DNA of 27,916 nucleotides from an uncultured Bdellovibrionales bacterium. Its GTDB lineage: Bacteria > Patescibacteriota > Minisyncoccia > Moranbacterales > UBA1568. Location of the stretch: contig CAZYOT010000003.1 in assembly GCA_964649305.1 (NCBI GenBank), forward strand, positions 1-27,916, read 5' to 3'. This document shows positions 22,686 to 27,916 of the stretch, piece by piece. The notes beneath the pieces are model-generated. The model searched no databases. It was given only the letters and a program-made list of their open reading frames with translations, and was not told where the DNA came from. The first letter of the stretch is position 1. Every line of letters starts with the position of its first letter. Both the position numbers and the translations under genes were made by a program.

Positions 22686-23207
22686 ATGCAGACCAAACAA
22701 CAAAAAGAGGTCTTGGTGCAAGAGGTAGTAGATAAAATCAAAGATTCAAAAGCTTTGGTTTTCGCTAACTACCAGGGAGTGAACGTGAAAGATATCACTG
22801 AGCTCCGCCGAGAACTCCGTAAGAGTGGTTCTGGATGGCAGGTATTGAAGAAGACTCTTCTCAATATCGCCCTCAAGAACGCAGGAGTAGAGGTGAACAG
22901 CCGTGAGCTAGGTGGACAGATTGGTGTCGCTTACTCAAAGGATGAAGTAGTAGCCGCCAAAACCCTCTCAGACTTTATCAAGAGTCACAAAGGTACCAAG
23001 TTTGCCATCGAAGGTGGTTCACTCGGTGAGAAGAGTTTGAGTGCAACGGAAGTCCAGGCCTTGGCCAAGCTTCCAAGTCAGGATGAGCTCCGAGGTCAAC
23101 TCGTGGGAACACTCCAGGCTCCAATCTCAAGTTTCGTTCGAGTATTGGGTGGCAATATCAGTGGCTTTGTCCGAGTGCTCAAGGCCATTGAGGAACAGAA
23201 GGCGTAG
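22686..23207 (+). CDS. rplJ: 50S ribosomal protein uL10
   Basis: KSKALVFANYQG-type N-terminus, LRRELR, VLKKTLLNIAL, LAKLPSQDELRGQL. Confidence 0.97.
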   Translation: MQTKQQKEVLVQEVVDKIKDSKALVFANYQGVNVKDITELRRELRKSGSGWQVLKKTLLNIALKNAGVEVNSRELGGQIGVAYSKDEVVAAKTLSDFIKSHKGTKFAIEGGSLGEKSLSATEVQALAKLPSQDELRGQLVGTLQAPISSFVRVLGGNISGFVRVLKAIEEQKA

Positions 23208-23245
23208 TAATATTTATTCATTCGTTATTAATTTAAAATAAGATT

Positions 23246-23656
23246 ATGTCAGAAGAAAAAAAGGAAGTAGTAGTACCAGCAAAGTTTGAAAAAATTGTTG
23301 CTGAAATCGAAAAGATGAGTGTTCTTGATCTTTCAGAACTCGTATCTGTACTCGAAGACAAGTTTGGTGTATCAGCTGCTGCTCCTATGATGATGGGTGC
23401 TATGCCAGCTGCTGCTGGTGCTGGTGCAGAAGCTGCAGACGAAAAAAGCGACTTTGATGTTGAGCTTACTTCAGCTGGTGCTCAGAAGATCAATGTTATC
23501 AAGGCTGTGCGTGAAATCACCGGTCTTGGTCTTAAGGAAGCTAAGGACCTCGTAGACGCTGCTCCTAAGGTTATCAAAGAAAAGGTAGCTAAGGCAGAAG
23601 CAGAGGAATTGAAGAAGAAGCTTGAGGAAGCTGGTGCAAGTGTAGTTCTTAAATAA
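23246..23656 (+). CDS. rplL: 50S ribosomal protein bL12
   Basis: [47 protein letters not shown]. Confidence 0.99.
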   Translation: MSEEKKEVVVPAKFEKIVAEIEKMSVLDLSELVSVLEDKFGVSAAAPMMMGAMPAAAGAGAEAADEKSDFDVELTSAGAQKINVIKAVREITGLGLKEAKDLVDAAPKVIKEKVAKAEAEELKKKLEEAGASVVLK

Positions 23657-23691
23657 TTAGGCTTTAGGGCTTAGTTGTTAGAGATTAGATT
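23657..23691 (+). repeat. Heptamer-period array (TTAGnnn x5) in the rplL 3' UTR
   Basis: TTAG at 23657, 23664, 23671, 23678 and 23685, starting right after the stop. Confidence 0.9.
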
Positions 23692-23696
23692 AAAAG

Positions 23697-23729
23697 AAAA
23701 GAACTCATCCACAAGGTGAGTTCTTTTTT
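23697..23729 (+). terminator. Intrinsic terminator after rplL
   Basis: AAAAGAACTCA/TGAGTTCTTTT plus CC/GG, followed by TT. Confidence 0.85.
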
Positions 23730-23740
23730 GTTCTGAAAGT

Positions 23741-23749
23741 TGCTATAAT
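23741..23749 (+). promoter_or_regulatory. Extended -10 promoter for dedA
   Basis: TG-C-TATAAT. Confidence 0.7.
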
Positions 23750-23772
23750 TGCTACTGTATTGGGAGTATGAA

Positions 23773-23810
23773 TTACTCACTACCACCTACCACCTAACAA
23801 CTATAACCTA
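23773..23810 (+). repeat. Heptamer-period array (CTAnnnn) in the dedA 5' leader
   Basis: TTA at 23773, then CTA at 23780, 23787, 23794, 23801 and 23808. Confidence 0.85.
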
Positions 23811-23817
23811 GTAAACT

Positions 23818-24414
23818 ATGGAATTTTTTGGAGTAAACCTCGTGGATTTAATTCGTACCGTAGGGTATGCCGGAGTGTGGGGGATTGTGTTTGCAGAGAC
23901 GGGCCTATTCTTGGGATTTTTTCTCCCAGGTGACAGTCTCTTGTTCGTGGCCGGGTTTCTTTCGGGCGGAGGGTTTTTCTCACTACCTATTATGCTCTTT
24001 GGGGTGTCGGTAGCTTCTATCCTGGGTAACTTTGTAGGCTATGAATTTGGGAAGTTTGTGGGACCAAAATTGTTTCACAAGGAAGACTCACTTATCTTCA
24101 AAAAAGAGCATTTACGTAAGGCCCAGCGTTACTATGAACACCACGGGTCCAAGACCATCTTTTTAGCTCGATTTATGCCTATTGTGAGGACTTTTGCCCC
24201 TATTGTGGCCGGTATAGCCCAAATGGATCTTAAGGTCTTCTGGTTCTATAATATCGTCAGTGGAGTGGTATGGTCTTTTACTCTTATCTTGCTTGGCTAC
24301 TACCTAGGTAGTGTCATAGACGTAGATAGGTATTTGCTTCCAATTGTCCTCCTAATTATCTTTCTTTCCTTCCTGCCGGCAATTATCACCTATATCAAAG
24401 AAAAGCGCTCTTAA
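23818..24414 (+). CDS. dedA: DedA/VTT-domain membrane protein
   Basis: FAETGLFLGFFLPGDSLLFVAG, GNFVGYEFG, IFLARFMPIVRTFAPIVAG, YNIVSG. Confidence 0.95.
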   Translation: MEFFGVNLVDLIRTVGYAGVWGIVFAETGLFLGFFLPGDSLLFVAGFLSGGGFFSLPIMLFGVSVASILGNFVGYEFGKFVGPKLFHKEDSLIFKKEHLRKAQRYYEHHGSKTIFLARFMPIVRTFAPIVAGIAQMDLKVFWFYNIVSGVVWSFTLILLGYYLGSVIDVDRYLLPIVLLIIFLSFLPAIITYIKEKRS

Positions 24415-24415
24415 A

Positions 24416-24444
24416 TTGACAGTCTCGGACATATAACATATTTT
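24416..24444 (+). promoter_or_regulatory. Sigma70-type promoter for the orphan gene at 24481
   Basis: TTGACA, 17-nt spacer, TATTTT. Confidence 0.6.
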
Positions 24445-24480
24445 GAGAGTAAGTTCTTTCTATTGGAAGGGGAAATGATT

Positions 24481-24978
24481 ATGAATACTTTCTCGAAACC
24501 AGATTTTTCTGGAGATGGCTTTGTAGTTGATTCGGCTCGAGTAAATGCTCATGAGTTATTGGGGTATGGTCATACTATCCCAGATACATATTGGCGAGCT
24601 GAAATGCTTCTGCCGAGTGAATATGAAATGAAAAATCTTCAGCTTCGAAAGCTATGGCAAAAGGATAGGCAGGTGGCATGGCCAGAGATAGACATGCAGC
24701 TTCACCTACAAGCAAATACCTTACCTATTGGTTGGCGGGTGGTACAACATCTATACTATGAGCAAGAGCTTATTCCTATTGAATGGTTGGAATATCTAGT
24801 AGGAGGAGGTTTGATTATATTTCCTTATGCTACTTGTTATCAGCGTGATGCTACTACTCACAAAGATACGGTGTGTTGCCCGGCCTTTTTTCATGATTCT
24901 GGGGTAATAGATGCAAGAGCGGTCAATCGTTTTACAGCACCATCAATGGGGTTGATTGCGGTGTATCATAAGACATGA
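24481..24978 (+). CDS. Hypothetical protein (~165 aa)
   Basis: AAGGGG SD-like motif 8 nt before ATG 24481 (the start could also be 24475). Own promoter and a downstream terminator. Confidence 0.7.
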   Translation: MNTFSKPDFSGDGFVVDSARVNAHELLGYGHTIPDTYWRAEMLLPSEYEMKNLQLRKLWQKDRQVAWPEIDMQLHLQANTLPIGWRVVQHLYYEQELIPIEWLEYLVGGGLIIFPYATCYQRDATTHKDTVCCPAFFHDSGVIDARAVNRFTAPSMGLIAVYHKT

Positions 24979-24992
24979 TTATTCAGAAAAAG

Positions 24993-25030
24993 AAAAAAGC
25001 GCGTTTGCCCAAAGGGGTGGCGCGCTTTTT
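24993..25030. terminator. Bidirectional terminator
   Basis: AAAAAGCGCG / CGCGCTTTTT stem between convergent genes. Confidence 0.85.
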
Positions 25031-25052
25031 CAATATAAGGGAGGCTTCGAAT

Positions 25053-25598
25053 TTAGACAGCTTGTTCCTTGAGGTAAGCGAGCATAGTATCTGCATCACT
25101 GACTTCAAATGGATCAGTCTGACAGTTGTCGCTGTAACCTTCTTCAGCAAAGACCTGCTTGATTTCCCCGTCCTCTACAAGCATAGAGTAACGCCATGAA
25201 CGGTCACCGAATCCAAGGTTTTCTTTCTTCACGAGCATGTCGATACCACGAGTGAAATCAGCATTACCATCTGGAAGCATTTTGACCTTAGTGACACCCA
25301 AGTCATCAGCCCACTTCTTCATGACAAAGGCGTCATTGACGGAGAGGCAGTAGACCTCATCGACACCAAGACCTTTGATCTCATCATACTTGGCTTCGTA
25401 GCCAGGAGCATGAGTAGAAGAGCAGGTAGGAGTGAAAGCTCCTGGTAGACCAAAGACGACAATCTTTTTACCACCAAAAATTTCTGAGCTACTGACATCC
25501 TGCCAGCGGTAGGGGTTTGGTCCTTCTACGGACTCATCGCGTACACGTGTTTTGAAGGTGACTTCAGGCACACGGCTACCTACGAGTTTATGTGACAT
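25053..25598 (-). CDS. Peroxiredoxin, Prx5/type II family
   Basis: LPGAFTPTCSSTH peroxidatic motif, LSVNDAFVM, LPDGNADFT, RSWRYSMLV. Start at ATG 25598. Confidence 0.95.
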   Translation of the reverse strand: MSHKLVGSRVPEVTFKTRVRDESVEGPNPYRWQDVSSSEIFGGKKIVVFGLPGAFTPTCSSTHAPGYEAKYDEIKGLGVDEVYCLSVNDAFVMKKWADDLGVTKVKMLPDGNADFTRGIDMLVKKENLGFGDRSWRYSMLVEDGEIKQVFAEEGYSDNCQTDPFEVSDADTMLAYLKEQAV

Positions 25599-25608
25599 AG
25601 GTTTGCTT

Positions 25609-25663
25609 GCCCGGTGAAATTGCTCTTGAAAGCACCGACCTTGTCGGCATTTCACGGGGTAAA
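25609..25663. repeat. Y-shaped palindromic element in the peroxiredoxin 5' leader
   Basis: Outer CCC(G)GTGAAAT / ATTTCACGGG, inner hairpins TGCT/AGCA and CCGAC/GTCGG, right end CGGGGTAAA as in the 22245 and 22511 elements. Confidence 0.75.
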
Positions 25664-25700
25664 TATTAGGAAATTAGTGTCTCTTAGGGAGACTATATCT

Positions 25701-25729
25701 ATGATAGAGGTTAGAAGATTCACAGTCAA
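25701..25729 (-). promoter_or_regulatory. Sigma70-type promoter for the peroxiredoxin gene
   Basis: Minus strand TTGACT(25729-24), 17-nt spacer, TATCAT(25706-01). Confidence 0.8.
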
Positions 25730-25734
25730 AAAAA

Positions 25735-25743
25735 TGGTATAAT
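25735..25743 (+). promoter_or_regulatory. Extended -10 promoter for the 25773 gene (divergent)
   Basis: TG-G-TATAAT. Confidence 0.65.
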
Positions 25744-25772
25744 AATATAAAATAAATAATTTATATTTAAAT

Positions 25773-26426
25773 ATGAAACGAATACCAGCTTTAGGTATAA
25801 TTATCCTTACTGTAGGAGTGACTATAGGAGTTATCGGAAATACTTATTCTCAAAAAATAACATCACCCGTAAGTGATGAAGAGGCAGTAAAGCCAGTTAT
25901 TCAAACAAAGGCTGTGGCTATAAAGACAAATATAAACCAATATCAAAATGCTAAGATTGGATTTGCGGTAGCTCTTCCAGAAACGTGGATGGGAATGGTA
26001 CAAAATGAGTATGATGGATCTATCGCAAATATTCTTTTCTATGATAAAAAATATGACTCAGACATAAAAGGGGAGAATAATCCCTTATTGGCCTTGATTA
26101 TAAAAAAAGACCCATATATTAGTTTAAGTGTGAATAACAGTGGGTTTATAAAAAAAGCGGATTTTGATATTAAGAGCTGGGTTTCCTCTCAGATAGGTGG
26201 ACCACAAGGAGGTCAGTTAGATACAAAGCTTCTTTCATGGGAAGAAAGAGTAACCACTGCCGGTCAGAAATTTTATGTATACACGAACGTTATTCAGTCA
26301 GATGGTGAGGCAAAAAGATACGGTGCAATATGGATTTCTAATGGAAAATTGTTCGAGCTTCAGGCGGACAATGAGAGTGAGCGAGGTGCAATAGAAGAAA
26401 TAGCTAAAAGCTTTAGGACACAATAA
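25773..26426 (+). CDS. Hypothetical membrane-anchored or secreted protein (217 aa), possibly PsbP-like fold
   Basis: N-terminal hydrophobic anchor and YQNAKIGFAVALPETW motif. The gene is visibly AT-rich. The fold call is an inference. Confidence 0.75.
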   Translation: MKRIPALGIIILTVGVTIGVIGNTYSQKITSPVSDEEAVKPVIQTKAVAIKTNINQYQNAKIGFAVALPETWMGMVQNEYDGSIANILFYDKKYDSDIKGENNPLLALIIKKDPYISLSVNNSGFIKKADFDIKSWVSSQIGGPQGGQLDTKLLSWEERVTTAGQKFYVYTNVIQSDGEAKRYGAIWISNGKLFELQADNESERGAIEEIAKSFRTQ

Positions 26427-26452
26427 AGAATAATTAGATTACATAATTTTTT

Positions 26453-26803
26453 ATGGAAACATACAAAGGAGCCTGTCATTGTCACGCAGTTACATTTGAA
26501 GTCGATATGGAGCTCACCAAAGCCATGGAGTGTAACTGTAGCCACTGTTATCTCAAGGGATTCTTGCTTGCTTTTGTGCCGGAAACTACCGTGCGTATTC
26601 TCACCGGTGAAGACATGCTCACCGAGTACCGCTTCAACAAGGAGCACATTGCTCATCTGTTCTGTAAAGTCTGTGGCGCTCAGCCGTTTGGGCGGGCCAA
26701 TGATGCCGAAGGCAATATGACCTACGCTATCAATATCCGTTGCCTGGAAGGCGTGGAACCAGAGGCTCTCGAGATCAATAAGTTTGACGGCAAAAACATG
26801 TAA
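26453..26803 (+). CDS. GFA/CENP-V family zinc protein
   Basis: GACHCHAVTF, CNCSHC, HLFCKVCG, YAINIRCL. Confidence 0.93.
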   Translation: METYKGACHCHAVTFEVDMELTKAMECNCSHCYLKGFLLAFVPETTVRILTGEDMLTEYRFNKEHIAHLFCKVCGAQPFGRANDAEGNMTYAINIRCLEGVEPEALEINKFDGKNM

Positions 26804-26805
26804 AC

Positions 26806-26833
26806 AAAAAACCCACCGGAAGGTGGGTTTTTT
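26806..26833. terminator. Bidirectional terminator
   Basis: AAAAAACCCACC-GGAA-GGTGGGTTTTTT. Confidence 0.9.
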
Positions 26834-26848
26834 GAACGAGACTAATGC

Positions 26849-27046
26849 TTACGCACGAGCAACGTTGGTAGCTGCCTGTCCTTTAGGACCGTCAGTGATT
26901 TCAAAAGTGACATTGTCACCAACTTGAAGCTCAGTGAAGGCTACTCCTGAAAGTTCATTAGCATGAAAGAAAAGATCTTTGCTCTCACCTTCGCGAGAGA
27001 TAAATCCAAATCCTTTGTCTGTGAGGGTTTTGATTGTACCGTTCAT
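26849..27046 (-). CDS. Cold-shock domain protein (65 aa)
   Basis: MNGTIK, RNP1 KGFGFI, RNP2 LFFH, VTFEI...GPKG..A.NV. Start at ATG 27046. Confidence 0.97.
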   Translation of the reverse strand: MNGTIKTLTDKGFGFISREGESKDLFFHANELSGVAFTELQVGDNVTFEITDGPKGQAATNVARA

Positions 27047-27134
27047 AGTTTTTTGTGGGCTATAATTTCTCTGAAACTCGACTACTTTTTCATTCTGCGT
27101 TAATTGCATGTCCTTACCATGACACACTCCGGGG

Positions 27135-27143
27135 ATAATAGCA
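27135..27143 (-). promoter_or_regulatory. Extended -10 promoter for the cold-shock gene (~80-nt leader)
   Basis: Minus strand TG-C-TATTAT. Confidence 0.55.
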
Positions 27144-27144
27144 A

Positions 27145-27528
27145 CTAAAATTGGAGCCTTTTGGCCGGAAAGTCCTTGATACGGCCTTTTTCATCAAGTT
27201 TGATACCCTCCTTTTTGTAGAGCTTGAGGCGCTTTTCTTCATATTCTGGGCTCATCCAGACTCGGCCATCGCTATAGACGATACGGTGGAAAGGGATACC
27301 CTTCTCGCCATTTTGGTAGGCTCTGGCTAAGATAGATGTCACGCTCATAGCTGCCATGTTAGATTGGCCGCCCCCGCCTGCAACGCTATGCGTAGCATTG
27401 CGGGCAGGACCACAAGCCCGGGCAATATCCCCGTAGGTAGAGACTCTACCAGATGGAATAGAAAGAGCCAAGCGGACGACGCGTTCGCTAAAGGTAGGGG
27501 AGAGTTTTTTGGTAGGGATTTTTTTCAT
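27145..27528 (-). CDS. Alkyltransferase-like (ATL; MGMT DNA-binding family) protein
   Basis: FSERV...IPSGRVSTYGDIA and IPFHRIV (catalytic PCHR Cys replaced by Phe). It carries a 12-aa insert after the first HTH helix. Confidence 0.88.
   Translation of the reverse strand: MKKIPTKKLSPTFSERVVRLALSIPSGRVSTYGDIARACGPARNATHSVAGGGGQSNMAAMSVTSILARAYQNGEKGIPFHRIVYSDGRVWMSPEYEEKRLKLYKKEGIKLDEKGRIKDFPAKRLQF
27373..27408 (-). mobile_element. 36-nt palindromic element inserted in frame in the ATL gene
   Basis: CCTGCCCGCAATGCTACGCATAGCGTTGCAGGCGGG encodes exactly codons 41-52 (PARNATHSVAGG). It has a 9-bp hairpin GCAATGCTA/TAGCGTTGC and GC-rich arms. Confidence 0.75.
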
Positions 27529-27854
27529 TCAGAAATAGGAAAATCTAACTGTTCTTTTGGGATATTAAGCGACTGACCATAGGCGATAACATTTTCCCAA
27601 GTTGTCTTATCCTGAGAATCTATCTCAAAGACTTTGTTTCTGAAAACAACCTTGATACTTGTTTTTCTAGGTATCCAAAAGTGAGTGTACCAGGGCCCAT
27701 CTTTGAGAGACTGTGAAAGTTTTAGTATTTGATTTTCGGAAATAAAAACTGAATGAAGTTTCCAGCTACCATCAACCCAACTTTTTTCTACCTTAAGATT
27801 ATCAAGGACGGAAGTGTCATTGAGGCTATTTTCTACGATGATTCCTTTATACAT
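27525..27854 (-). CDS. Hypothetical protein (109 aa)
   Basis: 4-nt ATGA overlap with the ATL start. W-Y-x-H-F and W...YG..LNIP.EQLDF motifs. Visibly AT-rich. Confidence 0.8.
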   Translation of the reverse strand: MYKGIIVENSLNDTSVLDNLKVEKSWVDGSWKLHSVFISENQILKLSQSLKDGPWYTHFWIPRKTSIKVVFRNKVFEIDSQDKTTWENVIAYGQSLNIPKEQLDFPISE

Positions 27855-27872
27855 AGGATCGTATAATAAGTG

Positions 27873-27916
27873 TTGGGGAGGAAGGGATCGAACCTTCGCA
27901 TGGGGGCTTCAAAGGC
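27873..27916 (-). tRNA. tRNA-Gln(UUG), 3' half (5' part lies beyond the window)
   Basis: Minus strand GC-CTTTGAA-GCCCC anticodon arm (anticodon TTG at 27912-10), T arm GAAGG-TTCGATC-CCTTC, acceptor 3' strand CTCCCCA plus discriminator A. No encoded CCA. Confidence 0.93.

Noticed and set aside
1-27916. CRISPR array
   Set aside because: There are no 23-50-nt direct repeats with unique spacers. The heptamer arrays have a 7-nt period and no spacers, and no cas genes are present.
1-27916. Genetic code 25 (TGA read as Gly), used by some CPR lineages
   Set aside because: All long conserved genes read through in code 11 without in-frame TGA, and several ORFs end in TGA just before terminators.
27855-27916. 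Prophage or integrative element at tRNA-Gln
   Set aside because: No integrase, phage gene or second copy of the tRNA 3' end was noticed in the window.

Overview
Housekeeping-rich window from a small-genome bacterium using genetic code 11. It is most consistent with Patescibacteria/CPR (Parcubacteria-like); this is inferred from gene content and order, AT-rich start contexts without Shine-Dalgarno motifs, and repeat style. Core genes in order: gatA (partial), secE-nusG-rplK-rplA, a six-gene dTTP cluster (dcd-thyA-folA-unassigned NMP kinase-tmk-dut), gatB, miaA, dnaE, rnhB, rpmF-nusB-rnc-smc-rpsP, rplJ-rplL, dedA. The right end holds a small stress-gene cluster (Prx5 peroxiredoxin, GFA/CENP-V, cold-shock protein, ATL) next to a partial tRNA-Gln. 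Single orphan genes with their own promoters sit between core genes. The most interesting signals are non-coding or structural. (1) Several families of short palindromic or hairpin elements sit in mRNA leaders and, in at least one case, in frame inside a protein (36 nt in the ATL gene, probably also the SMC head), with no mobilising enzyme in the window. (2) Arrays with a 7-nt period whose strand tracks gene ends. (3) A 771-aa SMC with no recognisable hinge. (4) A 6S-like structured RNA candidate upstream of secE. No CRISPR array, integrase or transposase was seen. All folds and alignments were done by eye, and no database searches were run.
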